Shown here piece by piece: positions 13,458 through 28,201 of a DNA stretch of 64,000 nt. The position numbers and the translations under genes are program-made. Under the pieces are notes generated by a model, which did not search any database, had not been told where the DNA came from, and saw only the letters and a list, made by a program, of their open reading frames with translations. The stretch spans positions 133,002-197,001 of the forward strand of contig ADNK01000542.1 in NCBI GenBank assembly GCA_000320545.1. The letters run 5' to 3'. Origin of the DNA: Bigelowiella natans CCMP2755 (lineage: Eukaryota; Protista; Cercozoa). Numbering within the stretch: the first letter of the stretch is position 1; every line of letters starts with the position of its first letter.

Positions 13458-16055
13458 TCATCCATTATTGAACCAAAAATTTACAGAAATGCTTCGAGAA
13501 AGAGCTTTCACAAAATGCCATTGTCCTGTTGGAATATATAAGGAATCTCCTGGACCTAGTATTACTTCCTGAAATCAAATACTAGGATGACTTTCCATAA
13601 AGATGGTGGAGTTCTAACAACGAAATGTAAAAAAATAATTGGCATTTGTCATTGTCACCACCTTATACGGAAGATCAGAGAAATCTTGAAAGCGTTCTCT
13701 ATCTACGTTCTCTATGTCAATCTGGATGAAGAAAGAGAAAAAAGGAAGTTCTCGTTCATATAAACAATACTAATCTACGACAAGGAAATCTATAGATCAG
13801 TTTGTACGGAACATCAGGATTGAACAACGCACAGGCACTAACCTGACTTGTGTTGTTCAAGACTCCATCTCTAGCATGTAGATATTTGGAGTATTTAGGG
13901 TCATAGAGTCGAACATACTTTTCACCTCTAACCTGGCACAGAATGTTTGCTCGGCCATCGTCTGCTCAACGATAAAATCATAACTAGTAAATAATCATTA
14001 GAAAGTACACAACAAGAAGACAATGTCGTACAATGAAGGGGTGAAACTGTAGCCTCTGGCCCCATCCAAAAGTTGATTTTAGCCAATGATTTCTTCTGTT
14101 TGTCCTCGCGAAATAATGGAACTCGTGGAATGGGATGAATATCGCGACGCAGTTCCGGAATTCGATCAAATATAGGATACTGTGCCAAATAAGGAGGAGG
14201 CAAGAAAGGGATCTTGCATTTATCTTGTGAAGATAGTTTTTTCTTCAAAAAAGAGTGGTGCTTGAATCTGCTGTACCTGGACAAGACAATATCATTTTTT
14301 TATTCGTTGGTGAAATCAAATCTTTGGGGATCAAAGAGTTCTTTTTTATGTAGGACATATCAGTGAAAAGGCGATTGCAGATATTACACTGCAGGTTTCC
14401 GAGTCGATGCTAATTGATGTGCACCATGGTCGTCCTCGCCATCATCTAATTCATGTCGTAGCCGCTGCCAGTGTGTATTAGTAAGGTTATTTTCTCTGTT
14501 GTGGTTACCTGAGAATATTTGAAGATAGATTGATAAATGAACTACTAGCAACGAAGTTACCACAACCTTGTGTATTCCCTTCTTCAATATTCATGTGTTC
14601 TTCCTTGGCGAGATAGTGGTCGCGGATGAATTCATCCATAAGCATAAGTTTTGATGCGCTGTTTTTCTCATCTGTGTACAGGCCCCCCATTTCCACTGCT
14701 ACAAGTCGACGTCCTGCCTTAGAGGATAGATACGCGATATCACTTCCTCGCGAGTGATAATTATGGTGTTCAGAGGAATCCCACAGCTTCATAGCGCGCC
14801 AATCTTCATAAGACACGGAAAATAAATATTTCAAAATATTGACAAAAGTATCTAGAGTATCGTGTTTCATTTTTTCCTGTCATTAATTTTGCTAGCTCAT
14901 AAACTTGGTTGAGATTTCTGTCACTAAACCTACCGTTTATTGCGTTGCGAATTAGTAGCGGTTGGTATACTGAAGGATAGATTGTCTCGTCGTCAACCCC
15001 ATATTTTACTTCAGTAGTTGTTCCATTATCCAAAAGCTTCATAATTTCTTTGTATTCGACTTCTTTCACCGTTGACGAAAATTTTCCTCCCCTTGTATTT
15101 ATTTGTTTCCAGAATAAACATTAAGCTATAAATTCAAAGATACTGTTTCGAAGGAATTTAGCCATTACCAAAGAGTGCTCTTTTTACTGTCAAGGCTATT
15201 ATTGCTGATTTGTGGAATTACATCATTAAAAAAAATATTTACAAATAGAATAATTATTAAATCTGGAATGAAAATAATGATAGTGATAATTTACACAAAT
15301 AACGAGCCTTTAAACGTATTTATTGAGCATAATGATTACACACACATACACATACGTACACGTGATGGTGATGGTGATGGTGATGGTGATGGCGTTTTTG
15401 TACGTGTGCATTGGTGGTATTCATTTATATATTCATATTTGATGGACGTAAATATAAACAAACGAAACATAGAATATCTCATTTTTCATCGCATTGTATA
15501 TGTTCAGTGGCATCAAATGAGTGTCTCTATCTCTGGATGTATTACGAAGCCTCGTTGTAGGTGTTTGAGATTTTGTCGCAATGATTTTCTTTCCTCTTTT
15601 TCCTTCTTCTTGGGATTTTGGAAGGTAGAAGAGGGAATTCATCTACATAATCACTGTCTTGTTTCAGCTTGCATAATATCTTCGAAATGTATGTGTGGAT
15701 TGCTGAGCATGCATCCGACAAAACTCTAATCCCAAAATCGGCATCCGGAGACACAATTAGGGCCATATCTAATAATCTAAGTCCCATCTGTGTAATGCGT
15801 CACAGTGAAGAGTAATTGTGAATAGGAGTATATTAGCCATATTTCCTCAATATGATTTAGTGTTGCTTCTGTTTAATTAAATATTCATCGTACTATATCC
15901 CATCATTCCCAGAATTCCAATTAATTTCAATCTGATTACTCAGCCAAGTTTTTCATAAATAAAATAGGTAAATTGACATGTAATGTTCACGGAAAATTAT
16001 TATTGTATGCCAATAATAGCACCTGTAGATTCTCGGCTTCATCTGCAATGTCCAT
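13458..16055 (-). CDS. JMJD5: JmjC-domain 2-oxoglutarate oxygenase, JMJD5/KDM8-like
   Basis: Motifs LRLLDMALI, WRAMKLW..YLSSKAGRRLVAVEMGGLYTDE, YLAQYPIFDRIPELRRDI, INFWMGPEATVSPLHYD, ILGPGDSLYIPTGQWHFVKALSRSISVNFWF. The HxD..H triad is intact after splicing. Start codon is tentative. Confidence 0.85.
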
Positions 16056-16147
16056 GTCGTTGGTGTATCTCTAAGTTTGATTTATAATAAATTCTGATTT
16101 TATGAATTAGGATTAATTTTTACCATTCTATGTACTTACAGATGTTT

Positions 16148-16610
<463 letters not shown>

Positions 16611-16648
16611 AAAAATGTTACGATTTCGTGTTCGAATTATCGTTGCCC

Positions 16649-17130
16649 TTATTTACATACCATAGATAAAAGATGCATGAGCAGGTGAGTTATTCCAGAG
16701 AGTGCTACAGTGTCTGAGTACGCTCTTCTCCATGCGCTCGATGCTTGCTCAAACCAGAAAGCACTGCCTCCTCCATCTCCGCTTCCAGAATTATGCGAGA
16801 ACACTAATTTGTGGATAAAAAAAATAAATGAAAAACAATAACTAATTCGGCGATTCTGATGAAAAGTGCACAATACAATTGTCTTTCATACGTAACAGAA
16901 TCGTAGGCGACTGTTTCTTTTCATTTTTTCAATCTTATTCGATTGTGGATCCGTCACGTCATTACATCGCTGACGACTGATTTTCAACGAGGAAGCTTCT
17001 AAGGTATCCCTTGTGATTTTTGGAGACTCGACCGACATCCTTCTCGTAATTTTCGATCCAATCTTAACAGATGTACATTTTAGCTTTTTCCCAGAATCAT
17101 GGAAGAATGACATATACACATAATATATAA

Positions 17131-17186
<56 letters not shown>

Positions 17187-18539
17187 TTGCAATCTAGCAG
17201 ATACAACTATTCAACTTACTGCTCCTACAATTCTAAAAAATTCCCAAAATGTCCCTCAAGTGATCATATTAAGTTTTAAAATTTATTTCTAATAATTTTT
17301 ATATAGTTTATCATATTTTTATTGACAGTAAACAGAGGCGTAGATTAGCAGCAAAACAAGTAAGTGATAGTTGCCTCATTCAGCTCGATGACCAAGCACT
17401 TTAAATCAAAATACAAATCTTCGGGGTCACTTCGCGGAACAGAATTTACAAAAAAACAAATGTATATATCATTTCACTCAATTTATTTCAAACAAGCAAC
17501 AACAAAGAACAACAATAAATTTTGCAAACACGCGGCAATATGCCTATTTCACCATTATAGACAATTATTACTTACAGGGTATCATCACTCATCGTTGTCG
17601 AATCTGATATTGTATCAGAATGTCCTGGTCCGTTTTCGTATTGGGTCCTCAATGATTGTTTGCAAATGATAGCACGTAGCTCTTCCACTCTGGACAATGA
17701 TAATGCCAAATCATAAGTTATCCAATACAACAACACGAAATAGCAAAATTTCACATCAAAGAAAGGATGTACTTTTATTTGGAAAATAAAGTGGCCACCT
17801 TTTCCCAATTGCCATTTCTTCCTTTCCCTCGCTTCCGATTTCCTTTGCATATCCTCCCTTGAATATGAAGTCATAGCCCATCTTGAGATATTGTCTCATC
17901 CCGCTATTTTCTTCAAAAACTTTATCAGACCATCCGCATCGCTTGTACCCTCGATCAATCATGCCACAGTCTTGTGTATCTGTTACTTCTGCTAATTCAA
18001 TTGCTACATACAGGCAATATTGAAAGCATATGATCAATACATCTCTGCGTGTTACCACAAAATGAATCAATCTCTTCTGCTAACTTAAATTACTAGATAG
18101 AACATGTATAATTACACTCACTTTCAATGATAGTTTGTTACATTCACTTCAAACAACAAGGACAAATTGGCTGAGCAGTGATATAGGGAGTCTGTGAATA
18201 ATAAAAAGGAGTCAGAACCTGAACGCATCCGCGGAGACTTCAAGCTTTTGTGAGTTGCCCGAGTCGCACGGTAAGACTCAGATGAGAGCTTTTGAAAGGA
18301 AGAACGTGAGGAATTAGACCTTTTCCCGCCGGAATGGGAAATAGTAGCAGCAGGGACAGAGCCAGTAACACCAGCAAGAAATGAGGAGCAAAAATGGGAG
18401 GAGTTGTTCTCAGCAGTAGTATAAATATCATCGTTCCTAGAAGAAAGAGCAGATGGAAAGAAAAATAAAAGAGACATAAGGTGGTTGAGAATTTTTTGCA
18501 CTTATAAATTGATATTTATATTTCATATGTCATATTACA

Positions 18540-18593
<54 letters not shown>

Positions 18594-19616
18594 TCTCTGC
18601 GTTTATGTGTTTGTGTGGGAAAACAACATTACATAAAAATGAATCAAAAATTTCAATATTATCTCCAAATAATAATAATGATGCCGCGTGTCTTCTTCAT
18701 CGTATATCTCATATTATCTTTATGAATAAGATAGTTTTCATGCCATCATCAATCAGCATTTGGCTTAACACACACCCCTTTAATGTTGCCATCGATTCTA
18801 GTCCTCCTTTCTCTTCTTTCAGCGCAAGATTTTCATTAATCAATGCGCTTATTATTGCATCATGTGTTTTGGAAGAATTTTGTCTATTTGTAACAGTAGT
18901 CGTCGTCGATGTCAATGCTGAAGTGCCTTCCTTGCCAGAATTATTAAGAAAATCGATCCATTTCTTTTGCTGTTGACTGTTACTACCGACAAAGAACTGC
19001 CGCTTGAGAATCGCTGCAGCAGAGTTTCACAGTTTTGCCAAATATGGATAGATATAGAAAGAAGGCCGGATGAGGCAAGAGAATGAATCAACACCAATTT
19101 TTGATTGATTGCCACGAGCAAAATAATGAGAAAATAAGGGGGGAAATATAAAAATATAATGGATAGAAACAACGATGACAAACAACACTATGTTTTTATA
19201 TATATTTTTATGACAGGGATCGATTGATTGATTGATTGATTGATTCTGGGAAATTATCAGATAAATTAGTAGTAATTTCTGACCAAAAGTACGGTTAGGG
19301 TGCTGAAGATATCTGTCGAGTTGGGTGAGCACAGTACTATGCAATTGACGAAGAGATGAGAGATACTGGGATATCATCACCATCATCATTATCGTTTGGG
19401 TTCTTTTCAACTGGTTGTAAGATGTTGAGATAGGATCCTTTACACTTTCCGACAACGATAAGAGCGATAATAAATACGATTTAGCTTCTGAAAGATTTGA
19501 TGATATCCTCCTTCTCTCTTCCCTACAAATATTTACCGAATTAGAAACTGTTCAGTGAAAGTTGTAGTTGTCATCACTAGCTGCTTTTTCTTCTTCCTCT
19601 TGTTCTTGTTGTTGTT

Positions 19617-19655
<39 letters not shown>

Positions 19656-19925
19656 CAACTTATTGATAACAAACACCACTTACTTACCACTACCTTATAA
19701 AATCAAACACCGCCTGGATACATTCTTGTACCACCGTGATGTGTAATATTTCTGGTGTTAATAATTCCTCTCTTGGTTCAAAACTCCTTTTATTTCCTTG
19801 TAGTAATTCTTCTAATAAGGCCTTCTTCTTAGACTTCTCTTGTTGTTTTCCAGAGTTTCTACTACCTTCTGCTATAGACGCCAACAACTTTGCTGCTGTT
19901 GCTGCTGGAAACATAGATGATGATA

Positions 19926-19957
<32 letters not shown>

Positions 19958-21536
19958 AAAATAGCTGCTGCTGCTTCTTCCCCAGTTCTTTCTGATAATG
20001 GCATACATGACAACTTTTCCTTCTGCATGTCGTTAAAGCTCCTCCACTTTTCTTCTCCTCGCTCATTTGCAACTAATATATTCTGTTCTTCCTTCTCCTC
20101 CTCCTCTGCAAGTCTTGTGGAAATATACTGCGTTGCGTAGATATGGAGGCAGTAGAGTAGTTCTTTTGGAACGCCACCATAGCGACGTGATTTGATTCGA
20201 AATGGCCCACAAATCACGTTATTATTACAACTTGCAGAATCAATTTGGAAGGAGGAGCCTCCACTGCTATCTTTGAGACGACGAAAACCCGCTAACCCTT
20301 CAAACATCCCACCTGTAGACGTCCTTTCACCCCCGCCTCCTCCTCCTTTTTTTCTTTGATTAAAAAGTAGATCGTGACCCACTAATTTTAGCCGCCTTGG
20401 TTTCTCATCATCATCATCATCATCATTATCGGGCATAGCAAATCGAAACGGGATCCCTGAATCTGCTAAGTCTGAAATGATACTCCTGCTACTACTACAA
20501 CTACTACTACTACAGCCGTCCTCCTCCCTCCCTTTCCTCTCTCTTGTGTTGCTCTTGAGCCAAATCTCTATACCGATTCCTTTTTCAGCCCAAATGTTGT
20601 TATTATTGTCCTCAAGGATGATTGAATCGCTTCTTGGGAAGCACCCGCGACGGGGGACCTGTGGGTAGTAGTAGGATTGGAGAGATGATATAGCTTTCTT
20701 ATCGTCTTCTCGTCGCTTTTGTTGTTGCTGCTGCTGCGGCTGCAATCCTCTAGCCCCGCAGAAAAAGAAATTTAATGGTGAGGAGACGTCATCATCGAAT
20801 CCAGAATGGCGCAGCACCAACTCATCACCTATTCATGATATGATGGCATCATCATTGATAATTAGATATGTTAGATATTAGTATCTGTAATGCTTGTATG
20901 CATATGCATGCATGTATTTATTCAGGGTTAGATGATTCATAATGGTAAGTGGTACCAAGCTTGATGTCTTTCTCAGCAATGAGGAGAAGCTGACGAAAGG
21001 AGGGTGTCACCAGGGCACGAAATAGCCCAATGTTGCTCTCAAGCCCATGTATTTTGGGCGATCCTAGGCTCTTTTCTAACACATTATATTCAATGGCACT
21101 CCCTAGTAAAGGAAAGAGCAAGCAGCCGCGAACAACAGCGTAGCACCAACGAAGCATTTTTCGAGAGATACAGCTCAGATTTTCATCATCCCTGAATCGA
21201 GAATTAAATAGGTTGCAAATCCTTTCGAATTCTATGTTCTCATTTTCCAAGGTATGAGCGGCTGGAGTGCCAGCAATCAACCTCGTCACATTCAGGGGCC
21301 AGAGCAAGGGTAGGTGATGAGGAAAATCAGGAAGCAAGGTTGCGATCTTATGGCATGGATGGTCAATTTTTGCACGAGCAATAAAAACCACCAACATGTG
21401 CCCAAGGGTAGACAACGCTCGGTCTGTTGATCCGAGGCATTGGAGTATGGATTTTGGGCCCTGATCATGATCATCATCATCAGCAGCAGCAGGAGGAGGA
21501 GGAGGAGGATGAGAAACAGCGCATCATTTCATTTCG

Positions 21537-21570
<34 letters not shown>

Positions 21571-22788
21571 ACACATACACATACACATACACACATACAT
21601 AGACATATACACACATCTAGGATAATAATAAAAGAGTAAAGGTAGAGCAGTATTGTGTTAGCAGTTGTGGTACTACCAAGGTGGATTTGTTTACAAGCGG
21701 CTCAGTAGCAATAGTTCTCTTCAAAGATTGCAAATCCAAAGAGAATTGCAGATCTATAGTTGCGAAGCACTCACCATCGTATATGTGATCATTGGCAAAC
21801 AAACTCAATTGATGAGAGCTGCTGCTGAGTGATGTATGACCCGTTGTTAACATTTTGCTCCAACCAACGCGCACTTTATTCACTTCATTTCCCTGATCTA
21901 TATTATGTGATAGTGAGGAAAATATATGACAAATAGATTAAAGCGTTGGCCAAGGAAACCTTGAAGCTCTCGAAGGAAGTTATGGGCCATTTTTAGTTTC
22001 TTCTGGCGCATTCCAATGGTTTGGCTTTGTGAATGGTCAGCTATTATTTCCCCCACCATTCCAAATGATGATGATGATGATGTCTTGAGAAGAGGCTGCT
22101 CACTCCACAATGTTTCTGTCACTAAAGTGGTGGTGGGAGTCTGCATCATTGCAATAAAAACTAGAAGGGCAACAACAAATGCAGTGCCACAATGGCCGCT
22201 GTTCCGTTCACCCTCGTGTCTAAATGCCCTGTGGTAGTAGTAGTAGTAGTAGTAGTAGTAGCAGCAGCAGCAGTAGCAGCTCATCTTTTATTGATATGAG
22301 AATAGCAACATTTCTTGGGTAAATTTTGAATTTGATTTATTGATGCGAGCATATATTCTTGACAGTTCTGAGGATAGATAGATGGAGATGATGAGATGAA
22401 CTATTGACTTGAGGAGGCACAGCTTTTCTGAGGTTGTGGTCTTAATAGGGATGTAGGTAGCCATTATGAGATAACAATTTGTTGCGATCCTTCATGCGGC
22501 TATATTCTCCATTCTTCTTCCTCTTCTTCCTCCTCCTCCCTCCTCTCGTTCCGTGGTTCTCCCTCTCCTGACAAACATTGACGTTGATATGTATATTTAT
22601 GTGACTTACATGTCTTCCAAAAATTACAATAAAATCTTCGGGGAATAGCTTAAAATATCCCGTTATTAACATAGATTTTCGATAATATTAATAAAATCGA
22701 GGCGAAACGAGTTGATGCTGCTTGTTGAAATTAAGTCAAACAAGGAAACACACAGATCTCATACAATTATTCGATGCTCGGTGCCCAT
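16649..22788 (-). CDS. Large multi-exon protein with signal-like N-terminus and a divergent Rubisco-LSMT-type SET domain (about 20800-21990); may be one or two genes
   Basis: SET-like motifs [67 protein letters not shown]. Hydrophobic [13 protein letters not shown] near the N-terminus. Long exon at 19690-20820. Both ends uncertain. Confidence 0.5.
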
Positions 22789-22827
22789 CCCCTTGTGTGA
22801 GTGAGTGAGTGGGTGGCAAGAACCACG

Positions 22828-23955
22828 ATGCGATCCATGTCATCATCACTGAGCACACTCGTTAAATTGTGTGGTGGCGGCTGTAGTTGCAGCAGTTCTT
22901 CCACCCCTGTCCATGGGATGAGGCGTCGCCTAGCTCCATATTCCACCTCCCCTTCAACTAATCCTTACCACGTTCTCGGGCTTCCCTATGGCGCTTCCAG
23001 AGTATTTTTGTTGTGTGAAAAATAATTAAGCAAAGGATATTTATCGACCTCAATAGTTGTTGAGTCTAACACACTGATTGCTTAAATCCCTTTTTGCTTC
23101 AGGAAGAGGTGAAACAGTCATATTTCAAACTTGCCAAGACCTGGCATCCAGACATAAACCCAACCGGTACCTGAAATGATCTTTACATTATTGAATATTT
23201 ACTTAGCTATTGGATAATTATTCCTCAGAAGCAGCACAGGCCACCTTTCGTCGCATAACGACGGCTTATAATGAATTATTGCGTATATCTCCAAAAGAGT
23301 CCAAATCCGATCGTGATCACGCTACCTCAAAACCAGATGACGATTTTTCAAGAAGGTCCAACAAATGCTATTCGCAATCGATTTGATTTCACAAATGCGC
23401 GTGTAGGTTCTGGTCTGGATCGTCTGGCGGAAAATTTAGGAAAGTCAAGGGATGGGATTGGCGATCACAAGACCAATGGACACATCAAGACTCAAAAATG
23501 GCCCAAAATGCGAAGCAGTAAGCATGCCGCCTGCTATAGGTGAATGAAGAATATGAGATCAATGTTTTGTTCTCAAGGTCATGGAATGAAAAAGTACGTG
23601 CGGAGGCTAATGATAAACGAAAGAAAGTTTACGCTGAGGTATTTAAGGCATTGTGTGGATATGGTAGAGTCAAATCTTAAGAGGGCACATGATTCATGCA
23701 AACAGGAATTAAATCGGCTATTTCTATCTCTTGTACCTCCACACCAGTTGTCTACATATGAATTGAGAGCGCTTTCACTGAGGTATGAATGTGGAAAATT
23801 ATTTAATTAGAGAATTCATTACCAAACAGCATGTGATAACAACAAGCAGATTGGGACTGCCATCAGAATTAAGAAGAACTCAATTGATAAAGCAAATAGA
23901 AACCGTTGTCGAAAAGAATAAGGCTCTCTGTGGAGCTGCGGAAATAGACGACTAG
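22828..23955 (+). CDS. DnaJ (J-domain) protein with organellar-type presequence
   Basis: NPYHVLGLPYGASREEVKQSYFKLAKTWHPDINPT..FRRITTAYNEL with the HPD motif, across GT-AG introns. Ends AAEIDD* at 23955. Confidence 0.9.
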
Positions 23956-25035
23956 GGATCACAATTGCGACGCAATGACATATGTGTGATGCATTTGATT
24001 CATATTCAAACCCATCCCTTCGACCAGCAATTTACTACGTTAGAAGCATTTAGTACATTGCAATCTTCGATCGATAGCACATGCAGACAGATCAGGCGGC
24101 CAAAGAGAATCTCGCAAATTGGGTCGGCGTTGTATGTCTTCTCGCACCAGAAGCGTATGGCAAGTTGTGCTCAGGATGGTTATAGTGGTACATGCATTGA
24201 TCCTAGTAGCATAGCATGATCAACCCAATCGTTACTACGTTATATTGTGTATATCATGATCATCGCCGCCGGCAATGATATCGTAGAGTGTTATTTGTCA
24301 ATGATGCAGTTGTGCAAACTGAAATCAGCCAAGTCTAGCCTGCTCTAGTGATCAAAGCGTTGTGTGACAAATTTGCGACACAGCAATCTAGCAATGTCCA
24401 GATGTGCATGATCGATGCCTTTGCCGAGAAATTCCACGACACAACGTTGTATAGATGGCGTGCTAATATTTTTCACATGTGAGTCTGCGGCAACTACACA
24501 ATATTTACAGGCAATAATGTGCGAAGTTCAGCCTGCATGCAATCTAGCAATGCTCGCTCATTCTACAAAAGCTATGTGTATCTAGAGACGCATGTAGGCG
24601 ATGCACACTGCCATTTGTACGCATCAGTCTGTTTTTGTTTTTGAAAATACAGGGCGATGTGCAAGTCTTGAAGATGGAATAAGGAAGAGATGGGTTGAGA
24701 TGGGTTGATCATTTCATGGGAGCAGGAACCTAGCTATAAGGGCTAGAAGAGCACATTGGTACTTGTAGTGCGAGGCCGTTGCTGCATGCTCTTAAGTACG
24801 TTTCCCCCATCATCTTCTGGCTGGGTGCGTTTCATAGTGCCACTTAAATTTGTAGATGAAGCAATATGGATGTGTACAAAGGTTACGCTAAATGCCATTG
24901 ACACCTCTGACCTCCAGGAGGTACATCGGGCACCGTCCATCTGAAAATGTCTAGCACGACGGAAAATAACAACGATCCGTCCTCTACACACACACACACA
25001 CACACACATGTAAAATATATATTTATTTTCTTTCC

Positions 25036-25072
<37 letters not shown>

Positions 25073-26235
25073 CAACAGGTGGTATGTAGTATGGTGATAG
25101 CGGGGGATGTTCTTTTCGAGAAGTCTATTGATTCATTAGACAATGCTGGAAAACTCTAGGGTTGTGGTCGTCTTGCACATACATAGCATGGCCTTCATAA
25201 TAATTGGTATGCTTGTGAGTTACATCGAAGTCCTTGATTTTCCTGATTCTTTATTATGCACTTGGTCACTTGTGTGCGTAAAGTTGTCCTCCTCACCTTC
25301 GCCCACATCATCCCAAAGTCATTCTCATAATTACTAATCATCATCCTTGAGATTGTTGCTTTTAATAACTCAGTGGCACTTGCGCATCGTAAAGAGCATT
25401 CCTTTCCCGCCTTTTTTGAGTGCGCTTGTTGTTTTCTTCTTTTTCTTAACCATTGCAATACAGAGCCGAATAAATAAGCCATCTTGTGGCTCTAACGCCC
25501 TTCATAAAAGTTAAATCTTTCGTGCGGTCGGTTTTATCAGTGAAGCTACAGGTAGCGCGGTGGGACAAAGATGGTCGTTTTGTTTCACACACAACTCTTC
25601 GCGTGTACGTTTCGGAGCACCCTGATTTGGCGCCACAAGGCATGATTTGGCACTTGGAGCACTCATCTCTTTTTTGGTTTTTTGAAGTAAGCGGTAGCGG
25701 TTCACAGGGGCAAACTCTCTTGTTTTAGTTTGAAGTTGTGAATGGAGTATCCTCTCCATTGGAGACACCTGCCTCATAGAAAGCGCCCGGTACTGACGTG
25801 AACCTAAAATATTCCCGGGGAAAATAGATTAATCCCCGTTAGAATCGTTAATACTGGGATAAAAAAAAGAGAATTTGGTATCAATTAGTGCCGCTCCAAG
25901 AGATCCATCGTTTTTTATTTCGACATTGTTTTTTGAAGTGCGACAAGAGCATTTGTGTGTCGTAGGGATAGATAGTCGAATATGGAACAAGAGCGTATGA
26001 ATACGACCACGGCCCTTTTAAGTTCTGTGGCTCTTTGGATTCATTTGGATTTGGCTTATTTTAAAAATATATACCCAAAAATCACGATCAAAACAAAAGA
26101 TTAAGGGAAGGTCAGGTGCCACTGATCAGATCCAATTAAGAAAAGTCGTACACGTAACTCGGTGCACCTTGAGCGAGTGCCGTTCGAAGATTCGAACGTA
26201 CATCACAACAGGGCAGGCAAGAACCCTCGTGAGCG

Positions 26236-26826
26236 ATGAACCTAAACAGCTACAACATGGGACTGAAGAGGCTAAGTTCTGAAAACGAAAACGAGGAACT
26301 TCCTTCACGTGGCTCAGACGAGTTTTTTGCACTGAAACAACTTTCGTCCGCTTCACCCATTACATTTGGAAGAAGGAAAAGGAGACATCAGCTTGTAAAG
26401 TTTAGGCCAGCAGACTCGAAATGGCATTTGGATTCTCCAACATTACGACCGAATACAAAAAAATATCCGAGGAAAGCTTCATGTTCGAATTCTCAACTGT
26501 GTGTAGAGGAATTGAGGCCAAATTCTAAGAATTCTATATCCGACTCCTCAATCGGTCTCCCAGAGGGTGAATCGTCACAACTTTCTACTTCTCTTCCTCG
26601 CCCTTTTCCTTCTCCTCGAATTCAAGAGTCGACGCTTCCTGCAGAAACTACCGTGGATCTCTGTTCTAGTTTCTCAATGTTAAGTACATTCAGTGCAGAT
26701 TTGAGTAGAAGTAACCCAAGTATACTAAAAGTCATTCGGCGTCCAGTTGCTATCCATCCCACACCACACTCGTGTGATGAACTGAGCTCCCGTGCAAAAT
26801 CTCTGGAAGTGGAAGGATTTCTTTAA
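26236..26826 (+). CDS. Hypothetical Ser/Pro-rich protein, intronless, 196 aa
   Basis: Uninterrupted ORF with a basic NLS-like RRKRRH and AT-rich 3' flank. No recognisable domain. Confidence 0.5.
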   Translation: MNLNSYNMGLKRLSSENENEELPSRGSDEFFALKQLSSASPITFGRRKRRHQLVKFRPADSKWHLDSPTLRPNTKKYPRKASCSNSQLCVEELRPNSKNSISDSSIGLPEGESSQLSTSLPRPFPSPRIQESTLPAETTVDLCSSFSMLSTFSADLSRSNPSILKVIRRPVAIHPTPHSCDELSSRAKSLEVEGFL

Positions 26827-28201
26827 TGAAAGAGTAATCTGTTAGTTTATTTTATTAATCTTAGAACTGCATATAGAACCTACTTAATAATCAAAGAAAG
26901 AGCTTTGACATAATTGATCACTGGGCACTGCAATTCTTTTGAGCATTGCAATCCTTTACCGATAGTGATCAAAGATTTTATACATATTGTATTTACTTTG
27001 TAAAATTAACGCCTCACAATGTTGTAGCGATTACAACATTTTTCCTGAAGTTTACATCCTAAATGTACTTCTATCTTGAGCACAGGACTGTAGATGACTG
27101 TGTGTGAATAAGAATACAAGCCAGACTTTGTGTCTCTCAACACAATTCTCATCATCATAGTATTGAAGACAATATTTGTTTCTACCTTTTTTCATTCAGC
27201 GTCCCTACCTAGGGTACGTATTTAAACGACGAAAATGTGGAAAATTTAGTCATACGAAGATATTAGATTTAAAGATACTTCAAATTTCTTTCTAATCTTC
27301 TTTTCAGCCATTAACCCATGCTGCCCCTAAATTTCTGTCACACATGAATTTAATTTGGCACAATCGATCTCATAAATTTCATGTTATGCATGGATTCATT
27401 CATACTGAACCTTGATTGCACATGCAGTTTTTTATATAGCGCTTGCTGGGATCAATGAATCATCGATCGTTAAAATAACTGCGATGCGATGATGTTCATT
27501 TGTTACTAGTGTAAATTGTATGATGTTTGCGTAGCGGCGTGATGTACGCATCATGCAAGAGCTAGCAAGTAGCAATTTCACATGTATATCGTCGTTATAA
27601 ATCGTCACGTGCTAGCGTGATTTTGTCAAATAGCGTACAAGCACTCGATCAGCATAACGCTCCGCTCGTAATATAGTAAACACCGGTGAAACAGAGAGCA
27701 AGTGCAACGCAACTGTACGTATCACAATATGATTGCTTGTCAGCTCCGAGCATGATACAAGCAGCACTAGCAGGGTGTTTTGCCCGCTAGGTACGCGTCT
27801 GGAGGTGCATGCATGCATCGCACGGCTAACAATCTAGCTGTGCTACGTGCGGACTTTACATCACATAGAGACCACACAGCACAATCGTATCAAATGTGCA
27901 AATGATTTGATTGGCAAGCACAAATCTCATCTATCGCATCTACTAGTCTAGCTAGCTAAGTATGATTGAGCAGCTTCATTGCATGGAACATCAATCATCG
28001 CTAGCACCGCATTTGCCAGCCGCCACAGCTCGCTTTACATTGACATCATTGCGTCATGCTGCATTGCATGTAATGGCTTGTTTGCGATGAACGAAATGTT
28101 TTGAGCATGGACATGTGCAAAGGTGTCTGGTGTCCTCATGCACACCACCTCGATCCTCCTCATATACCACTGTACTACCTACTACTTGCATTCAAATTGG
28201 A

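Noticed and set aside
14459-14470. GTAGCCGCTGC matches to the reverse of the spacer hairpin core (also 56191)
   Set aside because: Short matches inside gene bodies with no flanking similarity, so probably chance.
13458-16055. JmjC gene as the candidate thymine-modifying enzyme
   Set aside because: Its motifs match JMJD5/KDM8 protein hydroxylases, not the TET/JBP nucleic-acid dioxygenase family.
24660-25790. Possible minus-strand gene from several short ORFs (e.g. 25511-25777, 25195-25482, 24743-25075)
   Set aside because: No consistent spliced model or domain could be built, so it is left unannotated although a gene may exist.
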